Shown here: piece by piece, positions 12,719 to 25,999 of the stretch | How positions within the stretch are numbered: the stretch's first letter is position 1 | How the letters are laid out: the number at the start of each line of letters is the position of its first letter | Source: Klebsormidium nitens | Taxonomy: Eukaryota > Plantae > Klebsormidiophyceae | Reading direction: 5' to 3' | Length of the DNA: 64,000 nt | Assembly: GCA_000708835.1 (NCBI GenBank) | Contig: DF237200.1 | Span: 57,357 to 121,356 of the forward strand | Translations under genes and position numbers: made by a program | The notes under the pieces: generated by a model | What the model saw: only the letters and a program-made list of their open reading frames with translations | What the model was told of the DNA's origin: nothing | The model's database searches: none

Positions 12719-14146
12719 TCACGGAAACGAGTCAGCAGCTGTTATTTGCTCGGGTGACTGGAAATGGATGCAGCTTCCCCAGAATATTCGAGCGATACGA
12801 CTATGGATTGCATGATCGAAGAATCCCATAGTTGCAAGAACGTACGGTGGTTATTAAGGGGCTCTACAGCCGCCCTTTCTGCCTGCAGCACTGACGAGGA
12901 CTTCAGCTTAGCAGAATCGTTGCAGCCCTAAAAACCACTTCAAAATGGTTTCCATCATGAACTCCCATCAGTTACGTGGACATCACTCAGCCCGAATGAA
13001 ATCTATCGTATGGCCGTCCTGTTGATTACTAAGCCGTCCATACGGATGCCACACTTGTACAGTGCGTCGTTTGGACCGTCGAGTGCGCGTGAGCTCGATC
13101 AGGGCGGCTGTACGTACGTTGCATATGGTATTTGCCCGGCTCATTACTGAAGTATGCAATTGCCAACAGATCATGTGCGCTGGCACATGCATGATTGCAT
13201 CATTGGCGTTCGCGGGCCGGCCCCTGGTAGTTACAAAAGGAGTACGTTGATTAAGGCAACAACCATGTCTTGGTGATGCCGGGGGCCGGCATGCATCACC
13301 AGTTGATTGGGTAGATGTCCTGACCAATGGCAACTTGGCAAGTTTTTTGCTATACCAATGAGATATGTGCTTCGAGCTTCTTTGATCTTAAACTTCATTA
13401 CTCTTGAAACGAGCAGATTGATTTGTCCGTGATCATTGGAACCGACTCATGAATCTCTTGTGCAGACTTGGCCAGCAAATGTGGACTAAGTGACGCCCTA
13501 TGCGGTGGCCCCCAAACTCATTCCCAGACCTAAGTTGCAAATGCTAGGCACTCTCGACGATCACTGAGGCTGAAATTCCAACCATGTAAGAATTTAGCCA
13601 ATATATAGACACAGGGTATGCCATCCTACTACTCAAGCATGCATGCGGGCAGCCGCTGCTTTGGAGCCTTCCTATATTCGACTTCCTACATACTACAATT
13701 GACGTGTAAGTCGCCCTAAGCTAGCAACATACTACTACCTTTGGAACTAATTTTCCTCTGATATTGTCAATACGAAGTCTTCTGTTCTCTCATGCAACAG
13801 GTAAACGGCAGCAATCTTACTTTATAACAGGCTGATCGTATCCACCCAGCCAAACGCATGATGCACATCGCTTGCAGCGAGCGCAGCTCAACATGGGTGA
13901 CCTGACGCGATCCCCCAAAGCGCGTCCCACTGCACTTCTTTCAGCCGAAGCAGCCTGCCAGACACACCGGCAGGCATTCCCAGCACCCCATATGCAGACG
14001 ACTTTGTGACATCATCAAATACAAACCCGCCCACAGGTCAGCTCCATCCTAAGCCCTTTGCTTATGCTGCCGTTCCCATACTCAGACCCCTTTGACACTA
14101 TTTCTACAAACTCGCAAATCCCACCCAACCTACCACAGCGAGCCCA

Positions 14147-17100
14147 TTACGGGCTCACGGCATACGGCACCGCCTCACGGTAGCTTGCGTAACCAGAGTG
14201 GGCGCGCCGCCCACCCCCGCCCGTCGGGCTCGACAGCTCCTGCAGCTGTCGCATCAGCTGCATGCGCCGCTCCTGCGAGTACGCCACCTGCAACCCCAAA
14301 ATATTTTGTTTCTGACCCGCCTGGCTTAAAGGACTCTCGACCGGAACCCAGCCGCTAGAAGGGCGCACCGGATGACACCGGATCAAATCTGGATGCGTAG
14401 CTTCCTTCCCCTTCACCGGAGAGCATCATAATCATGTACTAAGCTCTGCATCATCGCTTGTAACTTCGCTAATCGCATCGAGTTACACCGTAACCGGTTC
14501 CCGACGCAGGAGCGAGGGTCAACGCCTGGCTGAAGGAAAGGCCACACTAAGTTGGCAAGAACCCAAGCCTACCAGGTCTGTAGGGTAGCCAGAGTATCAG
14601 AACTGGAGACTCGATCCATGGTTTGGAGAAAACATCGGGAGCACAAGGAACATAAGTAAAGACTGTTATCCATTCCGTTCCGTTCACAATTTCACGCCCT
14701 CCTGTGTCGTTTCAGTCATCCGTTGGTTGCATGGTCTTTCTAATCCTTTTTGACAATCTGTGGCTCTTACCTGCGAATCCAGCGAACCGAGCCCTCGAGA
14801 GGTCGAGACCAGCGGAATGCTGGCGGACGAGGTGGAAACGGAACCGGAATCCCCGTTGCTCAGGTTCGACCGCCGGTCCTCGCTGCTCGGGCTGTCGCGC
14901 TCGTCATCGTCGGCCGCCGTGACAATCCCCGCCGCCTCTAGTTGGTTCTTCAAGTAGTCCGCGCCATCGGAACCGAGCCTGCAAGGGGCACATCAAAAAA
15001 GTGAACACCGGAAAGCGGATGCGGATGTATTACTTCTTTTCTTTTGTGCAACGTAGCTGCTCTCCAGATGCTCTTGTCTTGTATGATAGAGACTTTTGAT
15101 CAAATCCCGCCGCCGCAATCGGTTCTTCCAACTAACCGGTGGCATTGGCGCCAAACCCGCGAAAAACCAGCGTGGAACCTGTCTGATTATCGAAGCTTCA
15201 GAAGCACAAGCGTCGATTCCAAACCCATACCAGAACATCCAAGGCATCAGTGCAATGATCCCTTACCTGTGCAGATTCACCGCCCCAAAGCTCCGCTTTC
15301 CGCCCCCCGTTAACGGCACGGGGGGCAAGCGCATCAGGGGGCCTTTCGGCGTGGCGGGAGCGGACCCCCCCGCGAGCCCCCCCCTCGCCGGTGACTGCTC
15401 TTTGGACCCCCCCATTTGTTGCAGCACTCCAAATTGTTGCAGCCCCGCAGCCTGTTGCAGCCCCCCGCTTTGTTGCAGAATTTGGGCGCGGCTCATTTCG
15501 AGGCGCAGCTTCTCCTGGGCTTCTGCAAGCGCGACCTGCTGCTTGAAGTACTGGCTCTCGCGGGAGGCGATGTCGACAGCCGCAATCTGCGCCAGCATCT
15601 GAGGTGGGGGGAAAGAGAAGGATTAGCGCAAGGGATAGCCGCTTTCCGAGAGACAGTCCTCGGCTCTCGTTAGAGCTACCTCGATTGTCACACTTGTATG
15701 CGAGCACTTGACTTGATCGTCAAGGGAAATCGGGCAGGAGGAAGTAGTGCGCTGTTCCGGTTTCGGAGAACAAGAAAGGGCTACGGGGGGCGGGATTGGC
15801 TAGGACAGTCTTGGGACACACAGACAAGAAGATGGGTTGCACATGGAGAACTGCAAACTGGTCCAATGGGAGTCCGGGAAAAGAGAGGAGCCAAGGGTTT
15901 AGGCGATTCTCAGGGTTGACATATGCAGTGAAAACCAAAAGTGTCGAACTTTTATTGAAGCCGTGCACCGTGATCGGACTCCGTTACTTCTTCGCTCACG
16001 CAGCAGATATTGGCGAGGACGCCTTCGAAAGGATTTCGGGGTTAAAGACAAACGGGCGTACCTCGTTGTTCTTCTCCTTCTCCTCTGCGTACTTCCTCAG
16101 CACCGTGCTCAGCTCCGCCTCTAGTTGCGATCTGCGGAGATGGTAATCAACGACTAGAGATAAGCACTAAGCAACGCAAGCTTCTCTAAGGGAAAAAGAC
16201 ATGAAGAGACTAGACTGACAGAGAGGCACCACAGACACGAGAGGCTGATCACGAGACCGCTCGTCTCCTCACGGGATTGCGCAAAGCGGGCTAGGGACTA
16301 AACGATTGAGATTCGGGTCAGGCAGTTTTGCGAAGGGCGACTTTGATGAAGCACATCGTCCTGCAAACTTGCTCTCATAGAGATGCACAAGACTTTCAAG
16401 AGAGAAGTGAATCGACTCACGATAGAGCGTTAAGGTCGCATATCCGCTGCAGCCGCTTGTCCATGTCATCGAGCCCGGACGCTTTCCGCCTGTTGAGCAT
16501 GTCAATCTGTAGGTCGTCGATCTGACACGTGGCAAGCAATGGTCACGTCAGCCTCTTCCCTGAGTGCCACTCGTCGCCAAGCAGCCCAGGTGATTCAGAA
16601 AGCAAACACGAGCAACTATTGAACAGAGAAGAATCAATTTGCTGGAAAGATGCAAGCGAAACCAGATAGGCAGACAAGAAAGCAAGCAAGCAAGCAACAA
16701 AGAGAACGAGCAACCACGATCACAGAAGTCGGAAACCAAAGGCAAGCCAAAACTCGGACCACGTGATATAGCAGCTGAGGGGGCGAGAAAACGGAGTAAA
16801 GACAAGGAGAACCTAAAATCAAACCGACCAAACTGATCTCAAAATCCGAACTACAGCTAAACTATAGTCTGCTGACCTGCGTCCGCAGTCGTGTGACGTC
16901 CTTTTCGAGCGCCACAATCTCCTGCAGCTGCATCTGCGCCTCGGGGTCCAGGTCTTTGGAGTGCTCCAGCATTGCGCTCGCGGCGCCCATCGCAATCTCC
17001 ATCAGCGCGTTCTGGTCCGCCTCGTGCACCAGCGCGCCGTTCAGCCGACGTACCTGGTTATAAAAGGGAAAGCTGCCTTGTGAGCCTCCTGAGCGGAATG

Positions 17101-20100
17101 TGGAAGGGCTGGGGATCGTTAAGATCGTTACAAGAGCCCAGGCCAAACTCTACAAACCAGACGATGAACACGAAAAGTCCGCAAAGGTTCGTGCCGCCTC
17201 TCTTTCTGAATATTGGCGTACAACATGATCAAGGACAAGTAAAATGCTCTCACTGCTCTGGAATCCGTTGCTCAGTCCCGTGTTTGCATTCGAGGTCGGC
17301 ATACATTCGGAAGAGAACCACTCCAACCAAAAGCTCGGGACCCACTCCACAAGGCACCAGTTTTCCAGCTCTAGACACCCAAAAACATCACACTCCGTAA
17401 GCGGCGCCCCTCACCTCTTGCTCCAGATCGTACCGCCGGTCTTGCAAGCTCTGCTTGCGCAGGCGCAGCGCCTCCTTGAGCCCCGCGTTCTCCTCCTTCT
17501 TCTTCCACACCGCCACCTCCAGCACGTCGCGCTGCTGCGTCAGCCGTTCGATCGCCGCCAGCTCCTCGTCCTCCGTCAGCTCCCGCACGTCCGGCTCGTT
17601 CCGGGCGTCCGAATAGCCCCTCGGCGCCTCCGGATAGACCCTCGGCGCGTCCGAATAGCCCCTCGGCGCGTCCGCATAGCCTTTCCGGCCGTCCGAATAG
17701 CCTCTCTGGGCGTCCGAATGGTCGCCCTCGCCCTCCCGCGCCAGGGTCGTGCCGCTGAGGTCGTGCCGGACGGTTGGCTCGTCGAGTGACGTCAGCACAT
17801 GGGCGCCGTTGACTCCGTCGAGGGCGATGCCGGACGAGGAGGCGTCGCTGTCGCGGCTGAGGTGGGAGGGGATGCTCGTCTGGTATGACACGCGGCTCGT
17901 GTCCCGGTACATGTCATCGGAGAAGGAGCGCGAGATGGTCGCGCTCGTAAGATGCTCGTCCTCCTGGAAACGAGAGTTCAGCGTTTCCGGCTTTGAGATG
18001 CTAAGTCTTAACATGTGGACTTTGAGTTTCGAGGCTGAGGAATACGAAATTTTTGCTTCGAAAAGGGGACGTCCGGAGGTAGTCAACCATCGAGATCTCA
18101 AACGCACCCCGCTTCGGGATTTATTGAAACGCAGATACGCAGTTCGACCCGCGCACCTCCTGAGAACCCACATCAAGCCCCGCAAACGTCCTCATTGATT
18201 CTGATCGTGACGCTCCTCTCAACCCTTCCACGTTTCCAAACCCGCCAGTCACATCCAAACTCCACACTTTGAGAGCTCTAACTTTCTAATCCCCTCACCA
18301 CGAAGAGATTGTCAAACTCCTTCATCATCGCCCGGATGAGCGCACCGCCCACGTTCGCCGCATTCATCGCCTGCAGCATCGCGTGCTCCTCCTCGGACGT
18401 CGGCCCCGCGCCCCCGTCGTCCACGAAAATCGGCACGTCGCCCGAGAAAATGGGCCGCAGCAGGAGAGGCGCCATGCACCGCGCGACAGCGTCGGCGTTC
18501 ATGAGGTTGACGGAGGAGTTTGACGCAACCGTGAGCATCATGCGCAGGACCCTGCAGTTTGGGGAGGATTGGTTAAGTTGGCACAGACCATATGTTCGTT
18601 TTCAAGCTTGACTTCGTTGTTTAGCAGAGCAATGTTCATTATTGGTGAATATGAAGCCAACTGGGCCGTGGGAGGCAACTACGAGCAATCAAGTACCTGG
18701 CGTCATCAGCGATTGGAGGTCGGGGTCAAGGAATAAGCAGCATTCAATTGCAGCTTTCGCCATAAGGCAGCAAGTTGACCTTGGGCGATGCTCAGGCGAG
18801 AACTGCCAACAGCCGTGCTTCCATTAAAGCCAACTTTCGCTTTCCAAAACGGTTGGGATTTGTAACGCTCTACCTGTCAATTATTCCTAACATGACCAAA
18901 GAAAGTATGGCCACTACTTATGATAATCATTCTCCATACAATTCTTTTGAACATTTTGTAGAATGCAAATCAAAGCAAATCTCCTCGACAATTTTCAATG
19001 AGTCGGTTTTCAGTCCTCTTACCGCTGCAATAGTCGCCTATTGGGCTCGGGGAAACTGTCGGCCACCGCAATGCGCATCTCCTCTATTTGGACGTTCCGA
19101 TTAGGCTTCCCTGCAGGCCCCAACCGAACATTTCAGGAGCTCCTCATCGAGGAGAGATTTCGTGAAGGAAAACCATCCTCAGGTAGGCGTTCTCGATAAC
19201 GTGCAAGAAACACCCGAAAAAATCAAAGCGCACTGATATCTGTGGAGCTCGGCGACTGCGAAACCGACAGCTTAAGTGTCTGGTCGCTCAGATTGTGGAC
19301 GGGTTGACCATGCTGAGGCTACCATGATGCCATTTACGCAGCTTTGCAAACTGTGGACAACCTACTGGCGGTCCAGCCTGTTCCAAAACCTCAAAGACCA
19401 GACGTGTTTGCCAGTTCCAAAACGCCCCTTCCACCTTTCTGAAAGAGACCGACATCCTTGAAACCTCAAGGGGATCCCTTACGATATGCCCGGATGAGCG
19501 CGGCGCAGCAGAGGTCTGGCACGGGCGACGACGGCAGCTCCCGCAGCACGTGCTTTATGCAGTCCCCGATTACGTGGGCGTCCTCGTCAGGCCGGAACTC
19601 GTTCGCACCTGCGGCAGCCAGGGGGGCACGATCGGTGTGAATGGCCCGGGCAAGATTCCGGTGCTTCGCAGGCACCCGGGATTGCGCTATGAGATGGAGC
19701 GAAGAGCAAAGTGTTGCAATGGACGCTGGGCGAAAAGGTCTTGAATCAAGACGAGGAGGTTGGGTAAGAGGAACCTGGTATCGACAAAGGTTTGAGTCGG
19801 CTTTCTAAGATGGACGGTTTGATTCGAGACTGCGGCTCTGAGCACCCTACAAATCCAAGCCCTGACTCTCAGCACGCTAGGGATCCAACATCTCAAGACT
19901 CTCAGCACTCCACAAACAACGAAAGCAGGCCTTGTGCGTACCTTGCTCATACGCTTGCACGCGCTTCTCCACGAGTTCCACGTCCGCCGAGTGCCGCAGG
20001 ATGCCTTCCACGTTCACGCCGGTGGTCTCGATGAACTGGAGCGCCTTCTCCAGAAACGACGGGCTCCCGTCGATGTCCTCCAGGGCGAGCAGGATGGGCC

Positions 20101-23100
20101 GTCCAATGACGAGCGACTTTTGCGGGCGTTTCTTCTGAGGGGGGGCTGCAGAAAGCCCGGGCGCGGGTCAGTCAAAAGGAAGCGTTCAAGAATGATGGTA
20201 GCCAAGGTAATTTTAGTCTTCGCTACGAAGTAAAACCCCAAGATCTACCCGCTCGCCCCCAAACCCGCCCTGATTGTCGGGTCTCATTGTACCCGTTGCA
20301 TGCGGTCACCTCATCGTCGTACAACTCTCTTGAACTAGATACTCTAAAGGTGCGGGCCCCTTCAAGTATAGGCATCTCCGTTTTGCTCGTTCTCAGAGCA
20401 GTGTACTGTAGTGCAGTAAAAACCTCAGGGTGTTGACGCATAAGTATGGGCAGGAACGACTCATTTGGCTTCATCAACAATCCTGTTCAGGCAGCTTCGG
20501 AGAAACCATAAGCACCGAACCTACTGAAGAAAGGTCCCAGAAATGATACTGATGAAGCCAAAAACGAGCTAAGATCGCTTGAAATACAAATAAGAGCACA
20601 TTTCAAATTCGGAGACCCTACACTTATACTCCCCGCTGAAGTCCCGGCTGCTGTCCATTGTATCGCTCTTGTATGAACTCTCGGGCTCGCCCTCGGGCTC
20701 CGGGTTGGGCGCGTCGACCAGCGCTTTCTCGAGCATCTGACGCCACCCATCGAGCTCGTCGAGGGACTCGGCCTACGAAAGTTGGAAATTAGAAATTTTT
20801 AGAGCTTTGATTCCCCCATAAGCCGGAGGGCTTTGGGACTGCATCGGCCCTGTGACTCCCGCATTCACAATTAAACATTCCAATTACTAAGTTTTCTGTA
20901 AATTGGTGGAACACTTTGCATCATCCCTCAAGTATTTGAGAAGAGAATTTTGCAGGGTCTGGTCGTAGGATACATCCTCACTCTCATATTCTCCACAACT
21001 ATTGCTTCAAGGTGGTGCTCAATCAGAAACTTTCACGAATTCAGCCCCAACTCTCCTCTTTTCCTCAAGATTCCTGCCGGGCACTAACACCTGTCTCGCT
21101 GCATTCAACTCCGGGAAAGTAGATTTCTAAATGGCGGATTCACCATGACCCCCTAGCACAATGACATCAGCAGCCTTGAAGAGTAGTCTCGATTTCATGT
21201 TGAGTTACGGCTATGTTGAGTTAGGTCATGCCCGGGGGACGGGTGGGGTTGGTTTGGAGATTTAGGGTGGGTACGGATGCGGAGCATGTTAACTTTGGGT
21301 TTAGGTTTTTAGTTTGTTAGCGCCCGGGGTACTGATCTAACTCAACTTACACCTCACTCGACATATAATCGAGACTTATGCCCTGAAGCTCTTGCCAGTC
21401 GTGACAATGATTTCCGCCACCCCCAGGCACAAGAAGACACGGGGCTTCTATCAAACTACGTGCGCTCACAACCAACGAATCTCCGGTGCTCAGAACCGGC
21501 CGGCCCAGGAAAGACCCCCAACTTTTGCTAACAAAGCTTTAGTTCAGGTCGCTAAGCCCGCAGACTGCTTCGCGCCTTCCGCTGGCTCCTCTCTTCTCTT
21601 CTGACTGTCCTAACGATGGTGCAGCTCGTATTGCAAGCTGAAGAAGGCAGGCCCGACCAAGCCAAGAGAGGTGTGCTGTGTATGAATCTTGGCAAAAGCG
21701 GCAGCGATTGAGGAAACTGCTTGGTTGTCATGCAGCCCTGACTTTGGAAGGCCCTGGAGCACAAACCGTGGGGTCTCGGGGCTGTGCGAGGGGCCGCTCA
21801 CCTTGAAGGTGTAGCTGCGGTTGTCCGGGAACATGAGGATGATCATCTTCTTGTCCAGCTTCGCCAGCACCCTGAAGACGATCAAGCGCACCTTCAGACT
21901 CTCTTCGCTTCTCAATTTCTTCACAATCTCCCTTCCCTGGAGGCCTCTTGATCGTCGTGTGTTGCAAAGCGGCTATGATGCCCATTCTCCCAACCCCCAG
22001 CCTCCTTTTACTGAGTCTCAGTCATGTGGCGGGATGTCTACAGATGGAGGGTGCACCCGAAAGTTTTCCCCAACTTTCTAGCAGGGGAGCCACCTCCCCT
22101 GCAGAACAGGCTGATGCTGCTACGACCATTTCCCGTGCTTGCCTCCGACTTGACGCGGTTGTGCTCATTCTCACGGAGCTTTGAAACAGAGTTCATCAAT
22201 GACAGCAAGCACAACAGGTTTGCTAGAAGGCTCAAAAGTACGCATGGCATGAGCACATAGAAAGAAACTCAACACAAAGGTCTTCTCCAGCAATTTGCTA
22301 GTATGCAACAGAGCAGACCATCAGGACGCCCCGACCCACACGATTCTCTCCGTAGACTTGCCAAGCCCAAAGGTTGTGTGCGCACCTTCCCGTGTTCACC
22401 AGATTGATGCCGTCCAAAGCGTCTGACGGATTGATTGGCCCGTTCTACACAGCGCCAAAACAGGATTGTTAGGCTCGCAGAGGGACTTGGGGCCTTGAAC
22501 TTTGTTTTCTTCATGCGCCAAGTCTACCATTCTCCAGTTTGATCTAGCTCAGGTTTGTGTAACGTGCTTTCCGAAAGCAGGATCAACTGATGGAATCATC
22601 CCCTTTCGAAAGTGCTATGGAAGAGATCAGCCTTGAATGAACAACATGAGGCAGCTGAACAGCCTTCATTGAAAGTGCTGAATGTGGTAAATGTCATTTC
22701 TCATACCCCGCTGCTCCCTCTTTGCCAGAGCCGTCTCCCATGGTTGTCTCATTCTTAAATTGCTAGCATAAGTCGTTATAACACAACTTGGGCGCTTGTT
22801 GGGGCACCCTAAACCGCGGCATAACAAGTACAAAAGGCAAACATACGGACAACCTTCTTTTCTTCTCTTTCGGCGCAGAGGTCACATGGTTACTACAGAA
22901 CTGCGAGCAGAACCAAACTCCAGATCCACATGAGACACGAACGAAGCCACTCACCGGCTCCCCCCTGAAGTAGACGAGCGCCGTGCGCGTCGGCGTCTTG
23001 GTAAGAATGAACCACCGCTTCTTCCATGACTTCCACCCCATGCCTGCAGGAAGAGACGAACCACCCGCCCGGTCTCAAACTTATGAGATCAAGCTCCTCA

Positions 23101-24004
23101 ACATAGACACGGATCGTACTGTACAACGGTACTGAAATGTGTCTGAACAGCAAACACTCTTGCTTCTTCCCTCCGTAGCCTTCTGTCAATACACACCCTT
23201 CACACAAATGACTTGGTCTCGGACCGGGGCGTCGCCGAGACCGAGGAGCCTCGAGTCCCCCAATTGCAGTTCTCAAGGACATGACAGCCCCTTCAGCAAG
23301 CCCCAAAGGGGGGCCAAAGTCCTTGCCCACCCCTGCTTTGACTGTCCCGTTTCATTGGCACGACACAATACGTGCTTGACCCATCATGACATCGCCAACT
23401 GGTGCTATTTTCAACATGCCAGCAAAAAAGTGGGTCTACAGACGCGGCCTCCTTTTCCAGGCTCCAGAGTTAGGGTTCTGTTCATGAGTCATGAGGTCAT
23501 CCTAGCCAACATAATCAATTCCTTGGAAGCTGCCCGCCCCCATCAGTCTAGCACATCTGAATCGCGCTCGTTAGTAAATTACCCCCTCTCAAGCCCCGGG
23601 CATATGATGCGCCTTTCGCCGTTCGCCTTTCGCACTCGCACTGCTGTGCTAACCCACCTGCTTGTACTTCAGCATGGCTCCAACTCACAGAAGCAGCCCC
23701 ACAACGATATTGACCAGCTACCAAACCATCAACTGATAATATATTGCGTGCAAAGCGCACGTCTCAATTCTGCCCCTTTCTATTGTGTCCAGCCCGGCCA
23801 AAAGAAATTCAAGCACCACTGTTTGCTGGAACGGCAGGTGGGTGCACTGAGAAAGAAAAGCGGTGCGTACCTCTTCCGGAAATGTAAAGGTTCCCAGCCT
23901 TGAGAATCTGCATAGGGCGAGCGTAGAGTTTACAACGTGGAACAAAAGAACGGGTGGCGGACTCGGGAGACACTTCTACTTGAGTGAAATTAGCCCCTGG
24001 AGCA
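14147..24004 (-). CDS. PH-domain RhoGAP (PHGAP/REN-type ROP GAP), multi-exon, 5' end not resolved
   Basis: Exons include 23871-23907 (ILKAGNLYISGR), 22955-23043 (GMGWKSWKKRWFILTK, PH domain), ~20640-20775 (AESLDELDGWRQMLEKAL), ~19950-20140 (SLVIGRPILLALEDIDGSPSFLEKALQFIETTGVNVEGILRHSAD, RhoGAP), ~19470-19620 (DAHVIGDCIKHVLRELPSSPVP), ~19020-19070 (FPEPNRRLLQR), ~18295-18555, ~17413-17968, coiled-coil exons at 14.7-17.1 kb, and last exon 14147-14287 (ERRMQLMRQLQEL...SP*). Confidence 0.88.
17598..17723 (-). repeat. Coding 21-nt (7-aa) repeat x6 in PHGAP
   Basis: DHSDAQR GYSDGRK GYADAPR GYSDAPR VYPEAPR GYSDARN. Confidence 0.9.
21214..21347. mobile_element. Possible MITE-like element (~134 bp, imperfect terminal inverted repeats) in a PHGAP intron
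   Basis: Left end tgttgagttaggtcatgcccggggg. Reverse complement of the right end is agttgagttagatcagtaccccggg. TA on both flanks (21212-13, 21348-49). G/T-rich interior contains TTTAGGG at 21261. Confidence 0.45.
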
Positions 24005-25999
24005 CTGTACAATTTGAAAAGGGTGTGCAAAAGCTGCAGGTCTCGGTGCTCTGAGGTAATCAGACTGACGCTCGAAGCAGTGGTAGCAGCTCAAGAGGCC
24101 CCTTGCGAAAATTCTTTGCTGTTTTGGAGTATCTAAAAGAGTGACCCTTGCTCCAGTGACAAAGAGAGAGCAAAGCAGATCAAATGCCTTCAGCTGAGTA
24201 GACCAGGTCAAGCGGAGTGCCCCTGTACGGATTCTACTTTCGCATTTTATACTCACTGCAAGGACCCCTATATTTCTGAAAACATTCCGAGGAGCTGATA
24301 AAGCAAACACCGGCTAAAGTGGCGCTGCTGACGGCCAGCATCTTTCACAACTATCGGCCGACAGGCAGAAAGGTGAACCAAGGGCGACAAGCATGCCAGC
24401 TGAACAAGCTTGAAAAATCTGAACATCTAGAGGCATGAAGGGTAACCTACCCCAAGCTGCTTCTTGCCAGGAGGCCTGACATCGTATGATGCGTGGAAGG
24501 CCCCCTGACCTAGGGACCCAGACATGCCGTTCATACTCAACCGCTCAACAGCAGGCTGTAACAGCGACGAGTGGCGTATCAAGTCAACTTCGTAGTCTCG
24601 GTGTTGCTAAGTCACCTCTCGGTGACTGAGCTTGCTGAGTCCTTCCTAATGTCACTCCATTCGCTTTTACCCTCCTCTCGTTTCATCAACGCCGTTACTT
24701 TCATTGAGCGACTAGAAGCTTTCAGCACGTCTCATTGAGCAAAGACAAGCTCCTCCTCAACTGGACACTTGCTTCAAATCTTCGAAGCCCTCCCTTTGTA
24801 TCTACTTTCAAAAGCGGTGAACAAAGACAGCTGCGCGAGCTCCCCTTTTCTCCAACTGGCTCCACCCACCGCATTCAGCTACCCTTTCAATGCACCAGTG
24901 TCTTCTCTGACAGGTTAGCTAAGATGCATGATGACCATGATGCTTTACGCGTAGGCCATGGACCATGGGCGCCCTCCCTGCGATACCAGCTCCCTAGTTT
25001 GCCGAAGGTTCCATCGTCAGCTCAGCTCGCCTCTCACGTGTGCCGCCAAGGCATGGATTTGCCTTCCGTCTTCTTCGGCATGTCCGAGGGCCGGCTGTTG
25101 TGTGCACTGCGCACGGTCAAGACTCAATACGTACTGGTCACAACATGAATACGGTATGCAGTGTCAAATTCGCGGGGGCCAAGCCCAACGTATTTGTGCC
25201 CGGAACAGACATGTGCCGCTGGTGGAGAAAGGCTGAACAGTGAAAACCTTGGGTTGTTGGGCGGCGACGTGGGCCGGTGAATTCAGCCGGCCGGGTGCTT
25301 GGCACCACTACGAAGGAAGTACACAGCTAGTAATCATCAGGTACCAGCCAAAAGCTGTTACCTAGTAGGTACCGTAGTATGTACCTACCGCTTCTACGAA
25401 TCTACGGTCTACCTGCTACCAGAGGCCAGATAGTACCGGGTACCCTACTACCCGTAGTCTGGTATGCCTATGCTCCAATAATTGCGGGAACGAAACCCAG
25501 TCAGAAAGACTCAGAATCAATGTGATCAAAATCTCATCGTTGATTGGCCTGCCACAAAGTTCTGAAGCCGGATCGACGGCCGAGCTCACCTCTCGCAGGT
25601 GCTGAACTTCAATGAAGTAGATTGCGACGAGATTTCCGGAAGGGGTCGGCTGAGAACCGTACATGCTGTCGAGGAACCGGTCGGCATCAAAGTCGCAACT
25701 TGCAAGTTGTATTACTTAAGTAAGTATCTACCGTAGGTCAATTGTGATTCGACGATAATCATAACTTTTTGAAACTTTTGGCATTGTTCGTATTGCTTCA
25801 CACGGTGAATTTTGGTAAAGACGTTTTCGTTCTAGTTTGAAGTTGCAGCTCTTCGTGAGGGAGCCGACAAGGGAGGCACTCAGGAGTCAGGAACTGAGTC
25901 TGAGGCTCAGGAAGCAACTCAAAGGGCGCTCTTCTATAGCATCGAGTTGTCCATCTGCTACGATTGACACAGAGAGAGCTGCAACTTTTGCATCTTGTC

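Noticed and set aside
23139-23903. 254-aa plus-strand ORF
   Set aside because: Lies antisense within PHGAP introns and exons, with no motif or coding-like composition.
24430-25000. Candidate first exons of PHGAP
   Set aside because: Several ATG/GT combinations are possible, and none gave a phase-consistent join I could defend.
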